Of a DNA stretch of 33,056 bases, positions 9,073 to 18,267 are shown in pieces; position 1 is the stretch's first letter, and each line of letters opens with the position of its first letter. Location: positions 1 through 33,056 of the forward strand of contig JAYGDX010000104.1 in assembly GCA_046582655.1 (NCBI GenBank). The letters run 5' to 3'. This DNA is from Candidatus Poribacteria bacterium. GTDB taxonomy: Bacteria > Poribacteria > WGA-4E > UBA9662. The notes under the pieces are model-generated. The model made no database searches and was not told where the DNA came from. It saw only the letters and a program-made list of their open reading frames with translations. The position numbers and the translations under genes were made by a program.

Positions 9073-9939
9073 TTAACTGGCAGATGTCTCTGGTGGTCGT
9101 TGAGGAGCCATCGGTTGGATAATTCGCAACCTTTCTGGTGTCAAACGTTGCAGGAGTTTTTCCGAAGTTTGAAAATTGAATCGTTCCCGTACAAACCGAG
9201 GAGAGTAGCGATAAACTACCGTCCGACGATAGCCTGAATTGGTACGTTCTGCAGATCCGTGAGTGATAGCATCAGTAAACATCAACACATCTCCAGCTTT
9301 CAAGTAGACCTCCTTGGTTGCAAAGGCAGTACCTGCCGGTTTACCGGTGATACCATCGTAGACCAACCCCTTCCCGTTACTTTCCAACCGGGGGTGAATC
9401 TCCGTACACTGATGGCTACTTGGAACCAGTACAGGAGGGCCATCACCGGGACCAATATCGTTAAGTGCCATCAGAACATTGATCTGACCAACCATCCATT
9501 CGCCTGTATTTTCCTGACGAAAGGTTAAATAACTAAGGGGGACATGTCCACCACAATGAATATGGATGTAACCTCCGATCCCTCGTACGGTGATAAAATT
9601 CTCGTGAATTGACAACCCATTGACTGCCGAATTGATGTATTTTCTGACCAGGTTAATCCAAGAAGAGTGATCAATTAACTTTTCGAAGATCTCACCACCT
9701 TCGATGATATTCTGAAAATTGACACCATTCTCAATATTATAAGTATGGGTTTGGATGTTACCGATCCAGCGACTCCGACCTTGTCGGTTTTCTCCTTCTC
9801 CAATCCAAGGATTTTCCACGTATTCCCAATGATCGTCAACCCACTGATTCATCAGTCGCAAATCTTCATCAGAGATAGCACTCTCCAAAACCAGATATCC
9901 TTGTAGATCAAACAGATAGTCCTGCATTTTTTCGTCCAT
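9073..9939 (-). CDS. PhyH-family Fe(II)/2OG enzyme with non-canonical H-C-G motif
   Basis: Start at ATG 9939 (GAGGA RBS). Motifs 'YLFDLQGYLV', 'IHCGG', 'VPSSH', 'AGDVLMFTDAITHG' and 'RRTVVYRYSP'. Confidence 0.9.
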   Translation of the reverse strand: MDEKMQDYLFDLQGYLVLESAISDEDLRLMNQWVDDHWEYVENPWIGEGENRQGRSRWIGNIQTHTYNIENGVNFQNIIEGGEIFEKLIDHSSWINLVRKYINSAVNGLSIHENFITVRGIGGYIHIHCGGHVPLSYLTFRQENTGEWMVGQINVLMALNDIGPGDGPPVLVPSSHQCTEIHPRLESNGKGLVYDGITGKPAGTAFATKEVYLKAGDVLMFTDAITHGSAERTNSGYRRTVVYRYSPRFVRERFNFQTSEKLLQRLTPERLRIIQPMAPQRPPETSAS

Positions 9940-10000
9940 GTTTGTATCCTCTATCGTTTGGTTCACACACTTCCCCTATTACACTCTTGCAAATCCAGAA

Positions 10001-10762
10001 TTAGTGAAGACCCATTAAGCTTTCAGCACCAGGAATCGTTTTTCGTTCATACGCAGGACTAATCCATCTGGCGCGAGACTGCCTGCCGGGATTACGGTAG
10101 GCATACACCACAGTCCATCTTGTATCGCTATCCGGTTTTCTTGATGTCACACCATGAGCAGCATGTGTCCACATTAAGATTACCGTGCCAGTTGGAGCAG
10201 ATAGAGTCTCGATTTTTAACTCCTCTCCCGTCATTGGATGGGAGTTACCCGTCATCCAATTCGCTTCGAGGTCTTCATCGTTTTTGGCACGAATCTTCGA
10301 GTCACGATACAGATGACTACCTGGAACAACTTTCAAACCGCCATCATTAACTTGAAACCCATTGACATAAAAGAAGATGCGAATGAAACCCAGACTGGAA
10401 TCATCATCTGAATACTCGTGACTATGCCAACCGATTCCTTGGTTGTTAGCCGAACGGTTGAGCGTAACACAATGATCGTAACGGATATCTTCTCCTAATG
10501 CTCGACGGGCAAGTTTGAGTAGATCGGGATGTGAAATCAAGCTTTCTAAGTAGTCGTTGTATTCTGCCGCGAATCTGTTTGGCTCATGCCCTGAAACGGC
10601 AGTCGGTATTAAAGATTCAATGTGTACCAAGGCTTGGATTAAATTTTGGCAAGCTGTTTGTGTCAGGAGATTTGGAAACATGTAGTGTCCATCCCAATCA
10701 AGTTGGTTCCGAACCCGATCAGTAAATTGGTAGTTGTGAAAGATTGGCTCCACCGAAAGCAT
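10001..10762 (-). CDS. PhyH-family Fe(II)/2OG enzyme with non-canonical H-S-H(E) motif
   Basis: 'GIGWHSHEY', 'DGGLKVVPGSH', 'GTVILMWTHAAHG' and 'TRWTVVYAY'. Confidence 0.88.
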   Translation of the reverse strand: MLSVEPIFHNYQFTDRVRNQLDWDGHYMFPNLLTQTACQNLIQALVHIESLIPTAVSGHEPNRFAAEYNDYLESLISHPDLLKLARRALGEDIRYDHCVTLNRSANNQGIGWHSHEYSDDDSSLGFIRIFFYVNGFQVNDGGLKVVPGSHLYRDSKIRAKNDEDLEANWMTGNSHPMTGEELKIETLSAPTGTVILMWTHAAHGVTSRKPDSDTRWTVVYAYRNPGRQSRARWISPAYERKTIPGAESLMGLH

Positions 10763-10793
10763 ACTCCCTATTCACGTTCCCACATCATCAAAT

Positions 10794-11597
10794 CTAATCT
10801 CCTTCAATTGAACCAGACTCGTATGGTTCCTTGCTGACCAACTGGCTACTCATTCCTCCGTCAGCAAAAATGTTTGATCCGGTGATGAAAGCGCTACGAT
10901 CGCTAAGTAGAAAAGCGGCTAACTCACCAATCTCTTCCGGTTCAATGGGGCGGCCAATAGGAATATTGGATTTCCAGTAAGATATACATTCCTCTTGGTT
11001 AGGCGCCGCATTCAAAACATCCTGCCAGATCTGGGTATTCAGCAAGCCGGGCGAGATGGCATTGACCCGAAGATTTACCGAAGCCAATTCAATCGCTATA
11101 CTCTTGCTCATCCCAACCATACCCCACTTGGCGGCATCGTAAGGTCCGGCGCCGGAGACTGCAGCATGCGAATGGACGCTAGCTATGTTGACGATACTAC
11201 CACCAGCCGGTTTTTGAGTCAGCATCTGTTGACATACTTTCTGAGTCAAAAAGAAAACGGCCCGTAGATCCACGCTGATAACCCGATCCCAGTCGGCTGA
11301 AGTTGTGTCCAGAAATGGTTTAACAAAATTGACGCCCGCATTGTTAACCAAGCCATTGATTTGACCAAACGTTGACAACGTTTCTTGGATTAAGCTATCC
11401 AATGCTTCATCATCAGCAACATCACAGTGAATAGCCAAAGACTCGCCAGCCAGATCGGCAGAGACATTTTTTGCTGCATCACCTCGAATATCTGCAATCA
11501 CAACTTTGGCACCTTCTCGACTGCAAACCCGGGCAATACCTTCACCAAGACCTCCGCCTGCTCCGGTTACAATAATAACTTTTTCTTTTAATAGCAT
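10794..11597 (-). CDS. Short-chain dehydrogenase/reductase (classical)
   Basis: 'TGAGGGLG', 'VNNAG', 'IVNIAS', 'YDAAK' and 'RVNAISPG'. Confidence 0.93.
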   Translation of the reverse strand: MLLKEKVIIVTGAGGGLGEGIARVCSREGAKVVIADIRGDAAKNVSADLAGESLAIHCDVADDEALDSLIQETLSTFGQINGLVNNAGVNFVKPFLDTTSADWDRVISVDLRAVFFLTQKVCQQMLTQKPAGGSIVNIASVHSHAAVSGAGPYDAAKWGMVGMSKSIAIELASVNLRVNAISPGLLNTQIWQDVLNAAPNQEECISYWKSNIPIGRPIEPEEIGELAAFLLSDRSAFITGSNIFADGGMSSQLVSKEPYESGSIEGD

Positions 11598-11658
11598 GAA
11601 TCCTCCCTAAATACTGGTTAGGACATTTTTTAGCTGCCACTGTAGATACTAAATGAAT

Positions 11659-12699
11659 CTATCCCACTGGTTGTAGTAACGTTTTTATCCCATTTCTCTG
11701 CTCAAAATTGTCAAATGCCTTTCTCCAGTCGTTGACTCCGAAAATATCAGTAATTAACGGCATCGTTTGTACAGTCCCATCAGCCAGTAGACGGATGGCT
11801 CTTCGCCATGACTCTGGTGTACTGGCAAAGCTTCCAGTTGCAATCAATTCTTTGTAACAAAGCTGATCGAGATCCCAACTGACCGCATGACCGAACAAAC
11901 CGACTTGAACATACCGGCCTTGTCGGCGTACCAAGTCAATCAGTTGCATAGCTGCCGGACCAGCTCCGGAACACTCGTAGACAATATCCGCACCCAATCC
12001 TTCATTGGTAATTTGGCGTATCAAATCTAGTGGATCCTGTTGTTGAACATTCAGTGTGTAGTCTGATCCAAATTGTTTAGCTAACTCAAAACGTTGCTGG
12101 TCTGTGTCAGTACCTAGCGTTACCACTGTGGCACCAGCTGATTTGACAACCTGCAACGTTAACAAGCCGATGGCACCAGGACCAGCGATAACAGCCACAT
12201 CGCCCGGCGTGACGGTCGGAGGTTTGTCCAACACACCGTTCACCACACAGGCTAAAGGTTCAGTTAAGGCACCAGCTTCAAAGCTGACATTCTCAGGCAA
12301 GTGATGAAGATTAGTTGCTGGCACGACAAGATATTGAGTAAAACCGCCGTTCACTCCTGAACCAATTGAAAGTCGATTCAAACACAAATTAGTGTAACCG
12401 TCACGGCAATAAGCGCAGATACCACACGTGGAAAAATAGGTCTCAGTTGTAACTCGGTCTCCAATCTGATAACCGTCAACCTCTTTACTAATCTCGATAA
12501 TTTCACCTGCTACTTCGTGCCCAAGAACAACTGGAGGAAATGAGGGATATTCATCTTTATAAATATGTAAATCGGTACCACAAATACCCGCTGAATGAAC
12601 TTTAATTTTAACTTGCTCCGCTTGCATCTTCGGTTCGTCAATGTCTCGCAATTCGATATTTCCGATCCCTGGAGCGACTTTCATTACAGCTTTCATCAC
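11659..12699 (-). CDS. Zn-dependent medium-chain alcohol/polyol dehydrogenase
   Basis: 'GICGTDLH', 'GHE', structural Zn C-x2-C-x2-C-x7-C, 'EPLAC' and 'GPGAIG'. The start may be ATG 12696. Confidence 0.93.
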   Translation of the reverse strand: MMKAVMKVAPGIGNIELRDIDEPKMQAEQVKIKVHSAGICGTDLHIYKDEYPSFPPVVLGHEVAGEIIEISKEVDGYQIGDRVTTETYFSTCGICAYCRDGYTNLCLNRLSIGSGVNGGFTQYLVVPATNLHHLPENVSFEAGALTEPLACVVNGVLDKPPTVTPGDVAVIAGPGAIGLLTLQVVKSAGATVVTLGTDTDQQRFELAKQFGSDYTLNVQQQDPLDLIRQITNEGLGADIVYECSGAGPAAMQLIDLVRRQGRYVQVGLFGHAVSWDLDQLCYKELIATGSFASTPESWRRAIRLLADGTVQTMPLITDIFGVNDWRKAFDNFEQRNGIKTLLQPVG

Positions 12700-12823
12700 T
12701 ACGCCTTTCGGTCTCTGGTTTTGGGGATTTGTCTCAGTTCATGAATCATAAGCCGAATACGACCCGAATTTGTACTCTATCGGTTCCACCGCAAGTATTA
12801 AAATCTCAATAGAACCTAGCATT

Positions 12824-14161
12824 TCAAAGTAAACGAAGTGGGTCTTCGATGAATCCAACTAGCGTCTGCAAAAATTGAGCAGCTCCGGCACCGTCAACAA
12901 CCCGGTGATCACAGGACAGAGTTAAAGTTAGCATCGATTGCACCGATGGTTGCCCGTTAATAGCGACTACGCGATCAGCAATACTACCCAAAGCCAAAAT
13001 AGCAGCCTGTGGAGGATTGATAATAGCACTGAAAGCATCAATCCCATACATTCCCAAATTGCTAATGGTGAATGTTCCATTCTGCATATCTTCCAGCGAT
13101 AAATTGCCTGCTTGCGCTTGATCAACTAACACCTGTCGACGATTAGCCAAATCCCGTAATTTTAACTGATCAGTTTGATGGATTATGGGAACAACTAGTC
13201 CATTCTCGACAGCCACAGCCAAGCCTATGTTAATCTCGTCGTTAAAGACAATCTGCTCACCTTCCCATTTCCCATTCAGTCGTGGATATTCACGCAATGC
13301 AGCTGCCACCAATTTTACCAGCAGGTCGGTATAAGTGATTTTTTGATCGAAGTGTTGTTGGGCTTGCTTACGCCAATGTGCTAACTGGCCAGCATTTGCT
13401 TCCTTAGCCAGAAAAAAATGAGGAACTGTCGCCCAACTGTTAGTTAACCGTTGAACCATCACTTGCCACGCGTTACTGACAGCAAGACTTCGAACGGTAT
13501 CCCGTGCCGGTTCCGGAAAAACACGTTTCTTCCCCTGATCTTGGGCAACATTCAATACATCAGTAGCCAGAATAGCACCTTCTGGTCCACTTCCGGTAAT
13601 GTCATTTAAACTTAAATGATGTTCTCCTGCCAGCCTTCGTGCTTTAGGAGACGCTAAAGTGATCTGACTCCTAGCCTCACTTATGGAAACTGACTGTGGA
13701 GCAATTGGTGACCGTGTTGCTAAATGAGTCAGTACATCTGCTTTATAGACACAGGAATCTGAAGGTTGCACCTGTGTTAAATCAAGCTGGTGTTCTGCGG
13801 CAATCCGCCGAGCCAGAGGACTGATCGAAACCTCGACTTGTTTAATTGTTTCAGGTGACGTGGTTGAATCTTCCAACTCCGGTTCTGCACTGGTTAAGTC
13901 AGGTATAGATGAAGTCGATTCCTCTGCCGACGAAATCTGCGCCACGGTTTGACCAACCGGAATTTCATCTCCCGGGTCAGCTGTGACACGGCTGAGGATA
14001 CCAGATGCTGTGGCTTCAACTTCGACAATAACTTTATCTGTTTCAATTTCCATCAGTGGTTCTCCCTCAGCAACAAACTCACCTTCAGATTTCAGCCATT
14101 GCAGTAATACACCTGTTTCCTGAGACATACCAAGAGCGGGCATAATAACATCTTCAGCCAA
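12824..14161 (-). CDS. Dihydrolipoamide acyltransferase (E2) of a 2-oxoacid/acetoin dehydrogenase complex
   Basis: Lipoyl domain 'EIETDKV'. Two subunit-binding repeats ('SPLARRIA', 'SPKARRLA..GSGPEG'). 'GTFTISNLG' and catalytic 'DHRVVDG'. Confidence 0.93.
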   Translation of the reverse strand: MAEDVIMPALGMSQETGVLLQWLKSEGEFVAEGEPLMEIETDKVIVEVEATASGILSRVTADPGDEIPVGQTVAQISSAEESTSSIPDLTSAEPELEDSTTSPETIKQVEVSISPLARRIAAEHQLDLTQVQPSDSCVYKADVLTHLATRSPIAPQSVSISEARSQITLASPKARRLAGEHHLSLNDITGSGPEGAILATDVLNVAQDQGKKRVFPEPARDTVRSLAVSNAWQVMVQRLTNSWATVPHFFLAKEANAGQLAHWRKQAQQHFDQKITYTDLLVKLVAAALREYPRLNGKWEGEQIVFNDEINIGLAVAVENGLVVPIIHQTDQLKLRDLANRRQVLVDQAQAGNLSLEDMQNGTFTISNLGMYGIDAFSAIINPPQAAILALGSIADRVVAINGQPSVQSMLTLTLSCDHRVVDGAGAAQFLQTLVGFIEDPLRLL

Positions 14162-14300
14162 GATTAACTCCTTAGTTCAGTTTTTCTGTCTAGAACTGAA
14201 TTGTAGCATACAAATTCCATATTTCCATTTTTATCAGATAGTAAGCAATAAGAAATTATCCATTGGCCGGCTATTCAGCTTACCATGTCTGTTGACGGAA

Positions 14301-15086
14301 TTAGAAATCTGGTACTGTTTTGTAGGTATTAAAACCGTTTGTCTGATCCTGTCCACGCAAAAGGTAGATATGATGTTGGCGGTTCCAACTTGAATCAAAA
14401 TGGTGTTCGACATCGGCCGGCATATAGCGCATAGTATAACCACAACGACGCTTACCCGACCTGTTTGGGTTGGAACCATGGGCAGTGAACGCGTCGTGAA
14501 AATGGCATTCACCAACTTCTAGTTCTAAGTCGATTCCCTCAGACCGGTTAAGATCTTCGTTAACGATCTCCCGACCGAACAGATGTTCTTGTCTGTCAAC
14601 ATCCTCGTACCGCAGGTACTTTTGTTGATGACTTCCAGCTATAACTCGCATGCAACCATTATCAACTGTAGATGCGTCCACAGCCAGCCACATAGTGACA
14701 ACCTGCATCGGCTGAAGCCGACTCCCCCAGTAGACACCGTCTTGATGCCATGGCACTGCCAAACCATCTCCAGATCGTTTACTAATAAAATGACTTGACC
14801 ATAGAACAATATCAGGGCCAATGAAACATTCAATCACATCCAGCACAGCAGGATGCGTAAGATACCTAAACAGGGATGGATTAGCAAAATGCGGCACGTC
14901 CATCTGTTCAGAACGTATCTCTTGTGGAAGATTGGCAATCATATGATCAACATAGTCCCGCAATGTGTCCAACTCCCTTTTTGTAAAGATTCTGCCAAAT
15001 TTTAAATATCCATTTTTGTGATAGAAGTCAACCTGATCTGTTGTTGGAATTGGTGAAATCTCCCAATCTTGATCTGAACTTGTCAT
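14301..15086 (-). CDS. PhyH-family Fe(II)/2OG dioxygenase (canonical HQD)
   Basis: 'VPWHQDG.YW', 'WLAVD....NGCM.VI.GSH' and 'AHGSNPNRSGKRR'. Confidence 0.93.
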   Translation of the reverse strand: MTSSDQDWEISPIPTTDQVDFYHKNGYLKFGRIFTKRELDTLRDYVDHMIANLPQEIRSEQMDVPHFANPSLFRYLTHPAVLDVIECFIGPDIVLWSSHFISKRSGDGLAVPWHQDGVYWGSRLQPMQVVTMWLAVDASTVDNGCMRVIAGSHQQKYLRYEDVDRQEHLFGREIVNEDLNRSEGIDLELEVGECHFHDAFTAHGSNPNRSGKRRCGYTMRYMPADVEHHFDSSWNRQHHIYLLRGQDQTNGFNTYKTVPDF

Positions 15087-15109
15087 AATATTTACCTTTC
15101 CTAATTTCC

Positions 15110-16024
15110 CTAAGACATCAACTGCTTCAAAAAGCTGCCACTTTGGATTAGAGAAGCCTGACGTCTCTCCAATGTCTCTTCGTAGGCTTGATCTTCAACC
15201 TCTATGCATACGGATCCCTGATAACCCACATCGCTTAAGACAGAGAAAAACTGTCCCCAATTAACATCTCCCAACCCAGGTAACTTCGGTGTGTGGTACT
15301 CCAAAGGATCGCCCAGAATACCAACTTCATCAAGTCGATGTCGATCCACTCTAACATCTTTGGCATGTACATGAAAAATCTTGTCGGAAAATTCACGTAA
15401 CGGTTTCAGATAATCAATCTGTAACCATACTAGGTGAGAAGGGTCGAAGTTGAGACCAAAATTCGGACTTGGGATCTCCTCAAACATCCGTCGCCAAATG
15501 GCAGGGGAATAGGCCAAGTTTTTACCACCTGGCCATTCATCTTCTGTAAACAACATTGGACAGTTCTCAATAGCAATACAAATATCATGATCTTCGGCAA
15601 ATTTTATTAGCGGTTGCCAGATTTCTTTGAATCGCGGCCAGTTTTCTTCAACCGAACGCGTCCAATCACGACCAATGAAACTATTGACAACCTTAACGCC
15701 AAGCAAATTGGCAGCTAAAATAACCTGCCGAATGTGGTTAACATAAACTTCTGCTTCACTGGAATCCGGAGTCAGAGGATTTGGATAATATCCCAGACCA
15801 CTGATATTTATGCTGTTAGCATTTACCAATTCATTAATTTGTTTTGCTTGATCTCGTGTTAGATCTACCACGTCAACATGAGTCACTCCGGCGTATCGTC
15901 TCTCAGCTTTTCCTTTTGGCCAACACATCAGTTCGACACAAGAAAATCCGGATGATGAAGCAAATTCCACAATCTGCTGTAAAGATAGATCTGGCAAAAT
16001 TGCGCTTGCAAATCCGAGTTCCAT
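15110..16024 (-). CDS. Sugar-phosphate isomerase/epimerase (xylose isomerase-like/AP endonuclease 2 TIM barrel)
   Basis: Metal motifs 'IAIENC', 'NFDPSH', 'HVHAKD', 'PGLGDVNW' and 'CIEVE'. Confidence 0.9.
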   Translation of the reverse strand: MELGFASAILPDLSLQQIVEFASSSGFSCVELMCWPKGKAERRYAGVTHVDVVDLTRDQAKQINELVNANSINISGLGYYPNPLTPDSSEAEVYVNHIRQVILAANLLGVKVVNSFIGRDWTRSVEENWPRFKEIWQPLIKFAEDHDICIAIENCPMLFTEDEWPGGKNLAYSPAIWRRMFEEIPSPNFGLNFDPSHLVWLQIDYLKPLREFSDKIFHVHAKDVRVDRHRLDEVGILGDPLEYHTPKLPGLGDVNWGQFFSVLSDVGYQGSVCIEVEDQAYEETLERRQASLIQSGSFLKQLMS

Positions 16025-16236
16025 GATATTTCTCCTTAATAACGTATCAGGTTTATAGGTTTATCCATTTACTTTCAAGATGACTCTTTGATTTTTTTCA
16101 TTATTGATCTTGTTGTTGAGTATAATACCATGCAGAGCACTCCAACCAAATAAAGCGATCGTCTGCTGATCAACTCAGTTGAAACCACGTTAAGGCAGTC
16201 TGTCTATATAAGCTTGGATTTTTCAGCCAACCAAAT

Positions 16237-16265
16237 ATGACTTTTAGAAAAAGCTATTATATAAT
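16237..16265 (+). promoter_or_regulatory. Sigma70-like promoter for the plus-strand operon
   Basis: ATGACT (16237-16242), 17-nt spacer, TATAAT (16260-16265). Confidence 0.5.
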
Positions 16266-16271
16266 ATGCTT

Positions 16272-16359
16272 GTCTCTCCTGAGTTAACCAGCATCTGTTT
16301 CCGTGAATGTGATACTGCCATTGGAAATCAACATGCTGGCTGAATCTACCAAGAGAGAC
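16272..16359 (+). ncRNA. Candidate structured leader or sRNA (long imperfect hairpin)
   Basis: Nested pairs GTCTCTC/GAGAGAC, CCAGCAT/ATGCTGG and TTTCC/GGAAA. Begins at the predicted transcription start. Confidence 0.4.
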
Positions 16360-16397
16360 GAAAAATTGGACAAACTTATTTTTACTGAGAGATTCCT

Positions 16398-17243
16398 ATG
16401 AAACTTTCACTATCTGTTCGGGTAGCCGAAGCCCCCGGATCGAAGAAAAAAACGATCCGCTCTTTTGGCGAAGTTGCCGAGATTGCCGCGCAAATTGGTT
16501 ATCAAGCCGTTTGTATGCGTGCGTCTCAGGCTGGCATACAAACATCTCTCCAACAAGTTACATCTGTGAGAAAAAAAGTTCAGGAACTTGATCTGGCCGT
16601 CTCAATGGTCACAGGGGATTTCCCTATCCCAATTAATAATGATCAAGGACCTGATGCCTTACGGAATATTGCTCCTTATTTGGAATTAGCCGTGATGTTG
16701 GAAGCAAACCTGATCCGGATTGCGATGAAAACAGAAGAAGACATCATCTGGGCGCAACGTGCATCTGATGAGGCTAATGAGCGTAACATTAGGTTGGCAC
16801 ACCAATCTCATACGCTCAGCCTCTTCGAAACGGTAGATGGATCGCTAAATGTACTCAATCGTGTAAATAGATCCAACTTTGGTCTCATCTACGAACCTGC
16901 CAACCTCGACCTATGTGGTCAGGATTACGGGGTCGAGACGATTAAGAAGTTCGCGCCTCATCTTTTTAATGTATATCTTCAAAACCATGTTCGGCATCCT
17001 GAAGGTAGGGTGCCTGCTCGAACATGGATCGATGGAGACGCACCATACGACCCAATTCGTCTGCAAGATCAAAGTGGAATCGATTTCCCCCTCGTCTTTC
17101 AAGGACTAGCGGAAATAGAGTATAATGATTATGTGACGGTCCATCAAGCTTTTGCTGACATCATGACTCCAGAAGATGCTGCTCAGCAGAGTTTCGATTA
17201 TCTAACCCAACTTGCTGACTTTGAAGTTAAAGCAAGAAATTAA
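16398..17243 (+). CDS. Xylose isomerase-like TIM-barrel protein with atypical metal ligands
   Basis: 'LAHQSH', 'NFGLIYEPANL', 'NVYLQN', 'GIDF..VF.GL..I.Y..YVTVHQ' align with the AP2-like barrel pattern. Confidence 0.8.
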   Translation: MKLSLSVRVAEAPGSKKKTIRSFGEVAEIAAQIGYQAVCMRASQAGIQTSLQQVTSVRKKVQELDLAVSMVTGDFPIPINNDQGPDALRNIAPYLELAVMLEANLIRIAMKTEEDIIWAQRASDEANERNIRLAHQSHTLSLFETVDGSLNVLNRVNRSNFGLIYEPANLDLCGQDYGVETIKKFAPHLFNVYLQNHVRHPEGRVPARTWIDGDAPYDPIRLQDQSGIDFPLVFQGLAEIEYNDYVTVHQAFADIMTPEDAAQQSFDYLTQLADFEVKARN

Positions 17244-17314
17244 ATATCAGCTATAAACAGGTCTAAAACTTAGCGTGAAAATAGATTTTAAAAATTGAAA
17301 GGAGCCAAGCAAAG

Positions 17315-18256
17315 ATGAATTGGCAACATCATCCTTGGGCAGGTGTTTTTGCTGCCACACTCTGCCCATTTCATATAAATGAATCAATTGATGAAGAGGG
17401 ATTAGTCGCTTACATGCAGGAACTAGCTGCTGTTGATGGCATTGAGGGTGTTGTCTGCAACGGACATACGGGTGAGATTATGTCGTTGAGACATAGTGAG
17501 CGTGCGGAAGTCACGCGAGTTACGGCGAAAGCAGCAGGTCAAAAAGTCAAGGTTATTTCTGGTGTTAGCGGTGAAGGGAGTGTAGACGCCATCGATCAAG
17601 CACTAGCGGCAAAAGAAGTTGGTGCAGATGGGATTCTCCTCATGCCACCACATCACTGGCTTCGTTTTGGTCGCACACCTGAAACGGCAATTGGTTTTTT
17701 TCAGGATGTGGCGGAAGGATCTGACATTCCGATTATCGTCCACCAATACCCAGCTTGGACAAAGGCCGGGTATAGTTTAGCCGAAATGCTAGAAATGGTT
17801 AAAATTCCGCAGGTTGTCTGTATCAAGATGGGGACACGTGATATGGCACGTTGGCGGTGGGACTATGAACAACTCAAAGAGGCTGCCCCGAATGTGCCCA
17901 TTTTAACCTGTCACGATGAATATTTGTTGGCAACGCTGCTGGAAGGATGTGATGGTGCGTTAATCGGTTTTGCCGGTTTCGTGCCGGAACTAATGGTAGA
18001 AGTTGTCCATGCTGCGTTGAACGGCGATCTGGTCGGAGCACGGAAAGCGAGAAAACTCGTTGATCCGCTGGCACGTATCGTTTACAATTTTGGTGAACCG
18101 AGCGGTGACGCCCATCAACGCATGAAATGTGCTCGTTGGTTGATAGGTCAGTTCCCGTCTATGACAATGCGGAAACCTTTACGACAGCTTCCGACAACTG
18201 AAGTAGAAAAGATTCGCCAACATCTTGAATTAATCGGCTATGAGTGCAAAAATTGA
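17315..18256 (+). CDS. DapA/NAL-family class I aldolase or dehydratase
   Basis: 'NGHTGE', 'GADGILLMPP', Schiff-base Lys in 'CIKMG' and 'GCDGALIG'. Confidence 0.9.
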   Translation: MNWQHHPWAGVFAATLCPFHINESIDEEGLVAYMQELAAVDGIEGVVCNGHTGEIMSLRHSERAEVTRVTAKAAGQKVKVISGVSGEGSVDAIDQALAAKEVGADGILLMPPHHWLRFGRTPETAIGFFQDVAEGSDIPIIVHQYPAWTKAGYSLAEMLEMVKIPQVVCIKMGTRDMARWRWDYEQLKEAAPNVPILTCHDEYLLATLLEGCDGALIGFAGFVPELMVEVVHAALNGDLVGARKARKLVDPLARIVYNFGEPSGDAHQRMKCARWLIGQFPSMTMRKPLRQLPTTEVEKIRQHLELIGYECKN

Positions 18257-18267
18257 AGAGGAATGCC

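Noticed and set aside
4452..16024. Secondary-metabolite biosynthetic cluster
   Set aside because: No scaffold-forming enzyme (NRPS, PKS, terpene synthase, RiPP precursor/maturase) or exporter is visible in the window.
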